The notes beneath the pieces were generated by a model. The model saw only the letters and a program-made list of their open reading frames with translations. It ran no database searches and was not told where the DNA came from. The translations under genes and the position numbers were made by a program. Shown in pieces: positions 29,668 through 38,247 of a DNA stretch of 47,099 nt. Source of the DNA: Gammaproteobacteria bacterium (GTDB taxonomy: Bacteria; Pseudomonadota; Gammaproteobacteria; GCA-001735895); the NCBI GenBank assembly GCA_052030825.1, contig JBPEYE010000029.1:1-47099 (forward strand), in the 5' to 3' direction. How positions within the stretch are numbered: the stretch's first letter is position 1; each line of letters opens with the position of its first letter.

Positions 29668-30102
29668 ATGGACAACGTAGGTATTTACACGCCGCCGAAA
29701 CCGGCACAGCCCGCCGGCGATGCGAGCGACGCATTTCGCGCCGACCTGTCGTCGGACGAGCTCGAAGTCACACCGTCCGCCCAGGAAAAGCTGCACGAAA
29801 TCATCTCTCAAACCGACGAGGACGTCTCCGCGATTCGGATCTACATCAGCGGCGGCGGCTGTGGCGGCCTGTCCTACGGTATGACGTTTACCGAGGACCG
29901 ATCGCCTTACGACACCGCGCTCGATTTCGGCGATTTCAAAATTCTCGTCGATGTCGTCGCGCTGAACTACCTGCGCGGCGCGCAAATCGACTACATCCAG
30001 GAAGTCGGCCGCGAACGCTTCGTCTTCAACAACGTGTTCGCCGAAACCGGCGGCTCGGGCGTTTGCGGCGGCTGCGGTGCGGCCGGCGGTGGCTGCGCCT
30101 AG
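29668..30102 (+). CDS. HesB/IscA/ErpA-family iron-sulfur cluster insertion protein (atypical C-terminus)
   Basis: ATG 29668 (MDNVGIYT...). Core reads [15 protein letters not shown]...[19 protein letters not shown]...[16 protein letters not shown]. The C-terminus is [14 protein letters not shown] rather than the usual CGCGxSF. Confidence 0.8.
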   Translation: MDNVGIYTPPKPAQPAGDASDAFRADLSSDELEVTPSAQEKLHEIISQTDEDVSAIRIYISGGGCGGLSYGMTFTEDRSPYDTALDFGDFKILVDVVALNYLRGAQIDYIQEVGRERFVFNNVFAETGGSGVCGGCGAAGGGCA

Positions 30103-31399
30103 GCCGAACTCGACCTTCTCGCACGCATCTTCGAGGCCTGGCGCGAAGCCGGGCCTCGTCGTTTTGGTCGCGCCTGCCGGCAGTTACCGGATCGCCGCGT
30201 ACACCGCTGCGGCGCGCGCACTCGGCCGGTCGATCCTGGTCGTTTCCAACAGCGAGCACTCCCTGGTGCCCGAAATCGCCACCGGCATCAGCGTCGATTT
30301 CGAGGATCCCGCAGGCGCCCTGGACCGGATAATTGCGGCGATCGGTCAGCGCGCCGTCGCCTGCGTGCTCGCCACCGACGATACCTGCGTCGCGCTCGCC
30401 AGTCGCGTTGCCGAAGCTTTCGACCTGCCGCAGAACGGTTCCGCGGCCGCGCGCCTGACGCAGCGCAAGGATCTCGGCCGCGCGGCGCTCCGGCAAGCCG
30501 GTTGCCGGACACCCGCGTTCCAGGTCGTCGCGCTCGCCGCGGCAGACGACATCGCGTCGCGAATCGAGTACCCGGTCGTGGTCAAGCCACTCGCGCTCGC
30601 CGGCAGCCGCGGCGTGATTCGGGTCGACGACCCCGGCCAGTTCGCCGCCGCCTGCCGTCGCATCGATCCGATACTCGCGCGCGCCGGGCTCAGCGGCTTC
30701 GCCCGCGAACACGTGCTCGTGGAGGCGTACCTGGAAGGTCCGGAGTATGCGGTCGAGGGCTTCATCGTCGATGGGACATTCCGCCTGCTGACGATCTTCG
30801 ACAAGCCGGAACCGCTCACCGGTCCGTTTTTCGAGGAGACCTATTACCTGACGCCGAGCCGCCTCGATGCGGAATCGGCCGCGACGCTGGTCGCTGAAGT
30901 CGCACGCTGCGCAGCGGCCTACGGCCTCGCCCACGGCCCGGTTCACGCCGAGGCGCGGCTGACCGCCGACGGTCCGGTGCTGCTCGAACTGGCGTCGCGC
31001 ACGATCGGCGGCCAGTGCGGACAGCTAATCGAGTTCGCCGTCGGGCAATCCCTCGAGGCCGTCGTCATCGAGGGCATGTGCGGGCAGCTGCCGGATATCG
31101 ACGCCGACGCGTCCGCCGGCGTGTTGATGATTCCGATTACCGAACGCGGCATCCTGCAGCGCGTCGAGGGATTGACCGACGCGCTGCAAACGCCGTGGGT
31201 GCGCGACGTCGAGATCCACATCAGTCCGGGCTACGAACTGCTGCCGCTGCCGGAAGGCGCGAGCTACCTCGGTTTCATCTTCGCCCAGGCGCCGAACTTC
31301 GACGAGACCTATACGGCGCTCAAATCGGCATACGCGAAACTGCGCTTCGTAACCCGGCCGAACTGGGCGCTCGAGGCCGGGACCCGCGCTACTTCTTAG
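30077..31399 (+). CDS. ATP-grasp domain ligase (unknown substrate)
   Basis: 440-aa ORF with a GTG start that overlaps the HesB-like gene by 26 nt; the true start may be further downstream. ATP-grasp layout: [18 protein letters not shown]...[21 protein letters not shown]...[17 protein letters not shown]...GPVHAEARL...[11 protein letters not shown]. Confidence 0.7.
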   Translation: MRPAVAAPRPNSTFSHASSRPGAKPGLVVLVAPAGSYRIAAYTAAARALGRSILVVSNSEHSLVPEIATGISVDFEDPAGALDRIIAAIGQRAVACVLATDDTCVALASRVAEAFDLPQNGSAAARLTQRKDLGRAALRQAGCRTPAFQVVALAAADDIASRIEYPVVVKPLALAGSRGVIRVDDPGQFAAACRRIDPILARAGLSGFAREHVLVEAYLEGPEYAVEGFIVDGTFRLLTIFDKPEPLTGPFFEETYYLTPSRLDAESAATLVAEVARCAAAYGLAHGPVHAEARLTADGPVLLELASRTIGGQCGQLIEFAVGQSLEAVVIEGMCGQLPDIDADASAGVLMIPITERGILQRVEGLTDALQTPWVRDVEIHISPGYELLPLPEGASYLGFIFAQAPNFDETYTALKSAYAKLRFVTRPNWALEAGTRATS

Positions 31400-31673
31400 C
31401 GCCGGGCGGCCGGTATCCGGCCGGCAGATTGCCCATATCGCCCTCCTTGAACAGGAAGCCGAGCATGTGCTGTTCGAGGATGTCGAGACTCGCCGGATCG
31501 ATTGTCGACAAACCGTTCTCGTTGATGATCATCGTCTGGCGCTCGACCCATTGACGCCAGCCCTCGGCGGAAACGTTGTCGTAGATACGCTGACCGAGTT
31601 CACCCGGGTACGGCACGCGCTCGAGCCCCGGGGCTTCCTCGCCGAGCACCACGCATTTCACCGTCCGCGCCAT
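31389..31673 (-). CDS. yggX: Fe(II)-trafficking / oxidative-damage protection protein YggX
   Basis: 94 aa. MARTVKCVVLGEEAPGLERVPYPGELGQRIYDNVSAEGWRQWVERQTMIINE is collinear with enterobacterial YggX. Confidence 0.9.
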   Translation of the reverse strand: MARTVKCVVLGEEAPGLERVPYPGELGQRIYDNVSAEGWRQWVERQTMIINENGLSTIDPASLDILEQHMLGFLFKEGDMGNLPAGYRPPGAKK

Positions 31674-31704
31674 GTTGCACCTCTAAAATGTCCCGGCCCG
31701 GTAC

Positions 31705-31740
31705 GAGCCGCCGTCAATCTTAGCAAATTCGAGGCGGCTC
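31705..31740 (-). terminator. Hairpin at the 3' end of the outer-membrane-barrel gene (putative terminator)
   Basis: GAGCCGCC (31705-31712) and GGCGGCTC (31733-31740) form an 8-bp stem with a 20-nt loop that overlaps the stop codon. On the minus strand a short T-run (CATTTTA) lies about 20 nt downstream. Confidence 0.3.
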
Positions 31741-32437
31741 AAAACGCATAATTTACGCCCAGCGAAAGAATCGGCCACGCATCGAATCCGTCGAGGTCGC
31801 TTTCCGCGTCGTCTTCGAGATCCCGCAGGCGCGCATCGAGCTCGGCCTGGCTGAGCGTGTTTGCACCGCCCCCATCGACGGTCGCCTCGAGATCGACGCT
31901 CGGATCGAGCAACGCGACGCCGACATCGATCGAGATCGACAATCCACCCCCGTCGCCGGCCTTGCGCCCCCAGCCGAAACCGAGGTACGGCTGGTACGAA
32001 CTGGCGAGTTTCACTTCGCCACCGATGTCGGAGGCGAAATCGCTGGGATCGAGGGCCTGGCCGTCGATCGTGATCGCGCTGAGCAGCGTGCCGCTGAAAT
32101 CCGCGCCGCCGTTGTGCCTCAGCATTCCCGCGGTCAGGTGAAAACTGCCGTTGAACACGTACCAGTCGACGAACACCGCGTTGGATCCGAAATCGAGACC
32201 GAGTTCGCTGTCGATATCGCCTTCGGCGCCCTCGTCACCGACGGTAATGGTTTCCTCTTCGTCGTCGATGTCGATGTCGGTCAGGCTCAGGCGCAGCGCG
32301 ATACTCCGGGTCAAACCGAAGCTGAGATCGATGCCCGGTCCGGCGGTGCCGACCTTGGCCCCGATACCCACGTCGAGCGCGATTGCCGGGGACGCGAAAA
32401 ACATCAGCCCGAAGGCCAGCCAGAGGTGTTTTTTCAT
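31739..32437 (-). CDS. Small outer-membrane beta-barrel protein (hypothetical)
   Basis: 232 aa. Signal peptide MKKHLWLAFGLMFFASPAIA, alternating amphipathic strands, acidic loops, and a C-terminal LSLGVNYAF (terminal Phe). Confidence 0.6.
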   Translation of the reverse strand: MKKHLWLAFGLMFFASPAIALDVGIGAKVGTAGPGIDLSFGLTRSIALRLSLTDIDIDDEEETITVGDEGAEGDIDSELGLDFGSNAVFVDWYVFNGSFHLTAGMLRHNGGADFSGTLLSAITIDGQALDPSDFASDIGGEVKLASSYQPYLGFGWGRKAGDGGGLSISIDVGVALLDPSVDLEATVDGGGANTLSQAELDARLRDLEDDAESDLDGFDAWPILSLGVNYAF

Positions 32438-32616
32438 GGACTCGTTCCTTATCGAAGGGGGGATCGAGGCAAAGTATAGAAGATAATTCGGCGCGTGACC
32501 GCGCCACCCTAACTTCCCGATATGCGCAGTTCCTCACGTTCTCGGGCAATAATTCTCAATTAATTGTCTATTATCACTATAAATGACAGAATACCGCCGA
32601 TTTTGAAGGAGTTGCG

Positions 32617-33408
32617 TTGTCTGGTCACGTCGCAAAAACCGAGCAGCAATCCCCAGTCAGCTTCCAAATATGTAGCAACGGTGTCACCCACACCGGCCAC
32701 GTCAGAACAAGAAACGAAGATTCGATTCTGGTGCATGCCGACGAGAACGTCTGGATCGTCGCCGACGGTATGGGCGGACATCACGCCGGCGATTTCGCGA
32801 GCCAGACGATCACCAACAACCTGAGCCTGTTCAAGCAGCACGCGTCGCTCGAAGACAACATTTTGCTGCTCGAGGAAAACATCCTCAATTCGAACTCCAT
32901 CATTCGAAAAAAATCCTTTAAACTGGGTCGCAACGCGACGATCGGCAGCACCATCGTTTGCGTTTACGTCTGGCACAACCTGATGTTCGTGCTCTGGGCG
33001 GGCGATAGCCGACTCTATCGATACAGGGACGGCAAGCTGGAACGCTTGACTGAAGACCATAGTTACGTCGAGGAACTGGTCAGAATGGGAAAAATCGAAG
33101 CGCGCGATGCCGAGGAACATCCCGCGGCGAACGTCGTGCTCAAGGCGGTCGGCATCGACGATCGCCTGTGCATGGATCTCGAATACTACGAACTCCAGGA
33201 CGGCGATATCTACGTTATCTGCTCCGACGGTCTCTACAAGGATCTGGAAGAACGGAAAATAACGCCTATTATTGAATCCCATCCGGAAGATATGAACGAG
33301 CTGTCGCAAGCCCTGCTGGCATCGGCGCTCGACGCCGGCGGAACCGACAACACGTCAATCATCACGCTGAAATCCTGCCAGAAGGTAAACGATGTCCCAG
33401 GTCTGTGA
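32617..33408 (+). CDS. PP2C-family Ser/Thr protein phosphatase
   Basis: TTG start 5 nt after GAAGGAG. Motifs: VADGMGGHHAGDFAS, GSTIV, WAGDSRLY, EDHS, ICSDGLY and GGTDNTSII. The 3' end overlaps the kinase start by 17 nt. Confidence 0.85.
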   Translation: MSGHVAKTEQQSPVSFQICSNGVTHTGHVRTRNEDSILVHADENVWIVADGMGGHHAGDFASQTITNNLSLFKQHASLEDNILLLEENILNSNSIIRKKSFKLGRNATIGSTIVCVYVWHNLMFVLWAGDSRLYRYRDGKLERLTEDHSYVEELVRMGKIEARDAEEHPAANVVLKAVGIDDRLCMDLEYYELQDGDIYVICSDGLYKDLEERKITPIIESHPEDMNELSQALLASALDAGGTDNTSIITLKSCQKVNDVPGL

Positions 33409-35368
33409 ATCGCTGATCAACGACTATCTGGCGGGCGCGCTCAACATCCACGATCTCGAGCAAGGGCTGGCCAGTCTCTTCGATGCCATGCCGCAAGGCC
33501 ACGTGCAGGCACAGACTTACCTGCAGTCGCTCTACACCAAGGACAAGATCGATTCCGACGGTTTTACCCAGATTTCGCAGGTCATTTCCAAGGTCAACAT
33601 CCAGGCGACGCTGAAAAGCAGTCCCGAGCCCGACATCTCCTATTTCGGCGACGACCGGACCATGCACCTGACCGACCTCGAGGAAGACGACAGCAACGAC
33701 AAGACCGTCATCGTCAGCGTCGGCAAGAGCGATGCCGACAGCATCGAACAGTCGCAACCCTCGCTCGACCCCCAGGACCTTGCGGCCAGCGATCCGAAAA
33801 TCATCGATAAACCGCACAAATCGAGTCGCTACGAAAACCTCGGACCGGGAGTCACGCTGAAGGAAAGGTTCGTGTTGCTTGAAAAACTCGGCCAGGGCGG
33901 CATGGGCGTGGTGTTCAAGGCCAAGGATCTGCTCAAGGTCGAGGCCAAGGACAAGGATCCCTACGTCGCGATCAAGGTGCTGACCGATGCTTTCAAAAAG
34001 TACTCGGGTTCGTTTATCGCGCTGCAGCGCGAAGCCAGCAAGGCGCAACGCCTGGCGCACCCGAATGTTGCGACCGTCTACGACTTCGACCGCGACGGCA
34101 ACACGGTCTTCATGACCATGGAGTTCCTGCAGGGCAAGCCGCTCAATCAGCTGATCAAGGAAATCTCGAAAAAGCCGCTGAAAATGGACCATGCCCTGCA
34201 TATCATCGACGAGCTTTGCAGCGGCCTGGCCTATGCGCACGAAAAGCAGCTCATCCATTCCGATTTCAAGCCGGGCAACTGTTTTCTGCTCAATGACGGC
34301 CACGTAAAGCTGCTCGATTTCGGCATTGCGCGCGCCAGCACCGCGCCCGACGAGGAGCGCGAAGCGACGATGTTCGACCCGGCCAAGCTCAGCGCGGTAA
34401 CGCCGGCCTACGCGACGCCGGAAATGTTTGCCGGCATGAACCCCGACCCGCGCGACGATATCTACGGTCTCGCCTGCGTCGCTTACCAGTTGCTCGCCGG
34501 CGGCAAACACCCCTATAACAAGGTCGCTTCGCCGAAAATCAAGGAACTCGGAATCAAGCCGAAACCGATCAAGGGGCTCAACCGGCGCCAGCAGAAGACC
34601 CTGATGAAGGCCCTGTCGGTCGTCCGCGAAGACCGCATCGACAGCGTCGCCAAGTTTGCCGAAGGCATGCGCGTGCGGAAATCGCACAGCAAGACGATCC
34701 TGCTCGGTTTCCTGTTTCTGCTGATTATCGGCGCCGGCATCGGCTACAGACCGTTCATGGCCTTCCAGGCCGAGCAGGCGCTGTACGACAAGATTCAGCG
34801 CATCAAGAACGGCGACAAGGCGCTGATGATCGAAACCATCTGGGGCCTCGACCAGATGGATGCCGAGCAGCAGAAAATCATCTCGGTCGGGCTGCGGCGC
34901 GAGATCATCACCTTTTACCGCGATCGGATTCGTTCGGTCTTTCTGCCCAAGGAAGGCCTCTACGATTACCCGCAGGCGCAAAGCCTGCTGGCCCAGGCCA
35001 AGCGCCACTATCCCGATTCGGTCGCGCTGTCGACCATCGAGGACCAGGTCAAGGAACAGCGCGATCGGCTGATGACGAGCCTGATCTCGCTCTACAAGCG
35101 ATATCTCGCCGAGAAAAAGCTGATCAAAACCCCGAGTGGCGAGGACTTGACGACCGTCATTCCGCTGATCAAGCGGGTCGATCCCAAGCACTACCTGCTG
35201 AAGGACAAGGAGCTTGCCGACCTCTACTTGTCCGAGGCGGAAAAGCTGATTGCCCGGCGGCAGTATGGCGAAGCCTCCAACTACATCGTCACCGGGCTCA
35301 AGATTTTTCCTGAAGACACCCGCTTGCAGAGCCTCAACAAGCAAATCAACGCGCAGAAGCTCGAGTGA
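33392..35368 (+). CDS. Hanks-type Ser/Thr protein kinase, non-RD, with one TM helix and a helical/TPR-like C-terminal domain
   Basis: 658 aa. Motifs: GQGGMGVVFKA, VAIKVL, catalytic loop IHSDFKPGN (HSD at 34256-34264, not HRD), LLDFGIA and TPAYATPEM. TM helix ILLGFLFLLIIGAGIGY, followed by about 200 aa of helical sequence. Confidence 0.9.
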   Translation: MSQVCESLINDYLAGALNIHDLEQGLASLFDAMPQGHVQAQTYLQSLYTKDKIDSDGFTQISQVISKVNIQATLKSSPEPDISYFGDDRTMHLTDLEEDDSNDKTVIVSVGKSDADSIEQSQPSLDPQDLAASDPKIIDKPHKSSRYENLGPGVTLKERFVLLEKLGQGGMGVVFKAKDLLKVEAKDKDPYVAIKVLTDAFKKYSGSFIALQREASKAQRLAHPNVATVYDFDRDGNTVFMTMEFLQGKPLNQLIKEISKKPLKMDHALHIIDELCSGLAYAHEKQLIHSDFKPGNCFLLNDGHVKLLDFGIARASTAPDEEREATMFDPAKLSAVTPAYATPEMFAGMNPDPRDDIYGLACVAYQLLAGGKHPYNKVASPKIKELGIKPKPIKGLNRRQQKTLMKALSVVREDRIDSVAKFAEGMRVRKSHSKTILLGFLFLLIIGAGIGYRPFMAFQAEQALYDKIQRIKNGDKALMIETIWGLDQMDAEQQKIISVGLRREIITFYRDRIRSVFLPKEGLYDYPQAQSLLAQAKRHYPDSVALSTIEDQVKEQRDRLMTSLISLYKRYLAEKKLIKTPSGEDLTTVIPLIKRVDPKHYLLKDKELADLYLSEAEKLIARRQYGEASNYIVTGLKIFPEDTRLQSLNKQINAQKLE

Positions 35369-35640
35369 TGGAACAGCACGGCACCCCGCTGCGAGTCCTG
35401 GCCAAGACCTACGCCAACGATCTGATTTCGCGCGAACAATACGTCGAAATACGCTCGCAGTTGCTCAAGAAGCTGCAAACCAAGGGCCGCATCGACGAAT
35501 CCGACCTGAAAAATTTCACCGCCATCACGCGCGAAACCGAGGCGCCGCGGGTGCGCAAGTCCTACACCTCGTCTGACTGGATCATCATCGCCCTGGGCCT
35601 GGCCGCATCGGCGGTGCTCGCCTTCGTCCTGTACGGCTGA
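35368..35640 (+). CDS. SHOCT-like, C-terminally anchored small membrane protein (hypothetical)
   Basis: The ATG overlaps the kinase TGA (GTGATGG). LAKTYANDLISREQYVEIRSQLLKKL resembles the SHOCT motif. C-terminal TM helix WIIIALGLAASAVLAFVLY. Confidence 0.5.
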   Translation: MEQHGTPLRVLAKTYANDLISREQYVEIRSQLLKKLQTKGRIDESDLKNFTAITRETEAPRVRKSYTSSDWIIIALGLAASAVLAFVLYG

Positions 35641-35728
35641 TCGAGCGCCATCGGGCGTCAAAAATAAGTCACAATAACGCTGCCGCGGTGCCCGTGCAGC
35701 GGATTTTTGGGTTGAATACGCCTCAAAC

Positions 35729-35752
35729 TAAGTTATTATCATCAATAACTTA
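35729..35752. promoter_or_regulatory. Perfect 9-6-9 inverted repeat in an AT-rich island upstream of lapE (candidate operator)
   Basis: TAAGTTATT-atcatc-AATAACTTA, inside the AT-rich stretch 35715-35782. It is followed by AACTTAACTT. Confidence 0.4.
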
Positions 35753-35903
35753 ACACTAAAACTTAACTTTATTTATTAAAAGCCAACCGGCGCTGCCGTA
35801 ATTTGCCAGAAATGTTAGGCAAGTCTCCGTCCGCCGGTTTGCCGGACGGTAGGCTCGACGGCGCAAGATTCGGCAATTGCCGGAAGGTCGACAACTCCAT
35901 CGA

Positions 35904-38084
35904 ATGGGAACGGGAATGATCGCAGGTAACGGTCGCGGCTCGATATTGGCGCAATGGACCACGGGAATGATCCTGTGGCTCGGCTCGCTATTGCCCGCCG
36001 CCGCGCTCGACATGACCGACATGCTCGTCGATTCGATCAGCGCGCATCCCGAGGTCAAGGAAAAAATCCACGTCTATCGACAGGCGGTCGGCGATCAGCG
36101 AATCGCGGAGAGCGGCTGGCGCCCGAGCGTCGATATCGAGGCCTCGACCGGGACTTTCGATACCGACTCGCCGGCGACCGGCAACACCTCGGTCGACTAC
36201 GAAAGTTCGGTGGTTGAACTGTCGGTGACGCAAAACCTGTTCAATGGCTTTGACACGACGTTTCAGCTCGAGCAAACCAGCGCACGCGCGCGCGCGGCGC
36301 TGTTCGACATTTACGATACCGCGGACAACATCGCGCTGCGGGCGGTCCAGGCCTATCTCGACGTCCTCAAGCAGCGGCGATTGCTGCAGCTGGCCCAGGA
36401 AAACGTCGACGCGCACGAAGAAATTCTCTCCCGGATTCGGGAACGCAACCTGTCGGGCGTCGGTCGACGCTCGCAGCTGCAGCAGACCGAGGGGCGTCTC
36501 GCGCGCGCGCAGGCCAGCCTCGTCGCGCAGCAAAACAATCTCGAGGACGCGGCGACCCGACTGCACGAAGTGCTCGGCCGTTACGTCGATCCGCTCGCAA
36601 TGTCGGCACCGACCCTGCCGCGCCTGCCGGACGCCGATCTCGATACCCTGATCGACCAGGCGCTGGCCAGTCATCCGGCCATGCAGGTGGCCGAGAGCAA
36701 CGTGCTCGCCGCGCAGGCGGATCACCGCCGTTCGTTGCGGACCCGTTATCCCACGGTCGACCTGCGCCTCGCCACCGAACACGGCGACGATATCGGCGGC
36801 CTGCCGGGCAACACCGACGAGACCAGCCTCGTGCTCAATTTCAGCTACAACCTGTATCGCGGCGGGCGCGACCAGGCCGAGCAGCAGAAAAGCATCAGCG
36901 CCGTGTTCGAGCAGAAGGAATTCGCCGCGCGCGTGCGCCGCCAGGTCATCAACACGTTGCGCCTCGCCTGGATCGCGGACACCTCTTTGTCGCGCCAGCT
37001 CGGTTTTCTCGAGACCCACGTGCTCAAGTCCGGCCAGACGGTCGAATCCTATAAAGAGGAATTTTTTATCGGCCAGCGCGATCTGATCGACTTGCTCGAC
37101 GCCGAAAACGAACTCAACAGCGCCAAAAACCAGTTCGCCGAAGCGCGTTTCGATGCGCTGGCGGCGCGATTTCGGGTCTACGAAGGCGTCGGCCAGCTGT
37201 TCGACGCGACCGGCGTCGACTTCGAACTCGGCGATGGGCGCCTGCGGGTCGCACGCCTGGACAGTAACGGTGTCGACCGGCTGCCGATACCGGTCGACGA
37301 GGACGCCGACCGGGAACGCGACCCGATGGATCACTGCGACAATTCGCTGCGCGGCGTCGACGTCAATCCGTTCGGCTGCCTCGAGCCGGTCGAAATCAGC
37401 GTGGTCGCACCGCCGGCGCCACCGCAGAATTCGCCGCCGGAACTCGGCGACGACCAGTTTGAAATCGACACCAACGGCATCCTGGTCCTCACGCCGCAGC
37501 AGCTGCTTGCCAACGATAGCGACGCCGACGGCGATCGTCTCGAGATCGTCGACGTCAGCCAGCCCGAAACCGGGCGTCTCGCGTTCAACCAGAACAGTAA
37601 CCTGGTCTACCGCCCGCTCGAAGGATTCATCGGCGTCGATTCGTTCAAATACACGGTAGCCGACAATCGCGGCGCCTCGGCGACGGCGACCGCAACGGTG
37701 CGCATCAACGTCCGCGAGCCGAAGGTCGTCAGCCTCGACAAAACCCAGCTGGTCAACTTCGAGTACGACGAAGCCGAATTGACCGCGGTATCGAAGGCCA
37801 AGGTTGCCCGCATCATCGAGCGCATCAAACAGGCCGGCGACGTGCAAATCGAAATCTACACCTATACCGACAATATCGGCTCCGATGCCTACAACCTTGC
37901 GCTGTCGCAGCGGCGCGCCGAGGCGCTGCGCAATTTACTGATCCAAAATGGCATCGACCCCGCCGCGATCATCGCAATCGCGATGGGCGAGCAGCAGCCG
38001 ATTGCCGATAACTCGACCGAATCCGGACAGGCGATCAACCGGCGCGGCGAGTTCGTCTTTCGCGCCAGCACGGGGACAGAGTAA
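35904..38084 (+). CDS. lapE: TolC-family T1SS outer-membrane channel (LapE/AggA-like) fused to TSP3-like, cadherin-like and OmpA C-terminal domains
   Basis: 735-aa track ORF from TTG 35877. The ATGs at 35904, 35916 and 35967 are all possible starts and the signal region is unclear. About 430 aa are TolC-like with two repeats (SVDIEASTG...LFNGF...; VDLRLATEHG...NLYRGGRD...). These are followed by DEDADRERDPMDHCDNSLRGVDVNPFGC, then LLANDSDADGDRLEIVDVSQPETGRLAFN...VDSFKYTVADNRGASATATATVRINV, then OmpA_C (IEIYTYTDNIGSDAYNLALSQRRAEALRNLL...INRRGEFVF). Confidence 0.85.
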   Translation: MGTGMIAGNGRGSILAQWTTGMILWLGSLLPAAALDMTDMLVDSISAHPEVKEKIHVYRQAVGDQRIAESGWRPSVDIEASTGTFDTDSPATGNTSVDYESSVVELSVTQNLFNGFDTTFQLEQTSARARAALFDIYDTADNIALRAVQAYLDVLKQRRLLQLAQENVDAHEEILSRIRERNLSGVGRRSQLQQTEGRLARAQASLVAQQNNLEDAATRLHEVLGRYVDPLAMSAPTLPRLPDADLDTLIDQALASHPAMQVAESNVLAAQADHRRSLRTRYPTVDLRLATEHGDDIGGLPGNTDETSLVLNFSYNLYRGGRDQAEQQKSISAVFEQKEFAARVRRQVINTLRLAWIADTSLSRQLGFLETHVLKSGQTVESYKEEFFIGQRDLIDLLDAENELNSAKNQFAEARFDALAARFRVYEGVGQLFDATGVDFELGDGRLRVARLDSNGVDRLPIPVDEDADRERDPMDHCDNSLRGVDVNPFGCLEPVEISVVAPPAPPQNSPPELGDDQFEIDTNGILVLTPQQLLANDSDADGDRLEIVDVSQPETGRLAFNQNSNLVYRPLEGFIGVDSFKYTVADNRGASATATATVRINVREPKVVSLDKTQLVNFEYDEAELTAVSKAKVARIIERIKQAGDVQIEIYTYTDNIGSDAYNLALSQRRAEALRNLLIQNGIDPAAIIAIAMGEQQPIADNSTESGQAINRRGEFVFRASTGTE

Positions 38085-38247
38085 AGCCGGCGCGAGTTTT
38101 ATCAATTGGACTAAACTTGGAGGCAGATGCGGTCGATTGGTAGTCCCCCCTGAACAACCGAATTCCAAGTGCCCTGTTCCGCTCCAGGTTCGCCCGGCGT
38201 ACCGGTCATTTTGAAACCGGCCCGAGCCGCTGCGGAAAGCACGTTTC

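Noticed and set aside
29482-29985. 168-codon N-terminal extension of the glyA ORF (track ORF 28225..29985), and the plus-strand 29194..30102 ORF
   Set aside because: The extension has no homology, while [12 protein letters not shown] aligns with the E. coli GlyA N-terminus. In the plus-strand ORF, only the last 144 codons (from ATG 29668) look like a HesB/IscA protein.
33362-35344. 660-aa minus-strand ORF opposite the Ser/Thr kinase; likewise 35988..37847 (-) opposite lapE, 41058..43163 (-) opposite lapB and 45346..46242 (-) opposite the adhesin
   Set aside because: All are long antisense frames with repetitive R/L/D/G-rich translations. The sense strands carry unambiguous kinase, TolC, ABC-transporter and adhesin motifs.
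38127-38153. 8-codon mini-ORF (MRSIGSPP) preceded by GGAGG in the lapE-lapG spacer
   Set aside because: Too short, SD spacing of only 3 nt, and no supporting conservation information. This could easily be chance.
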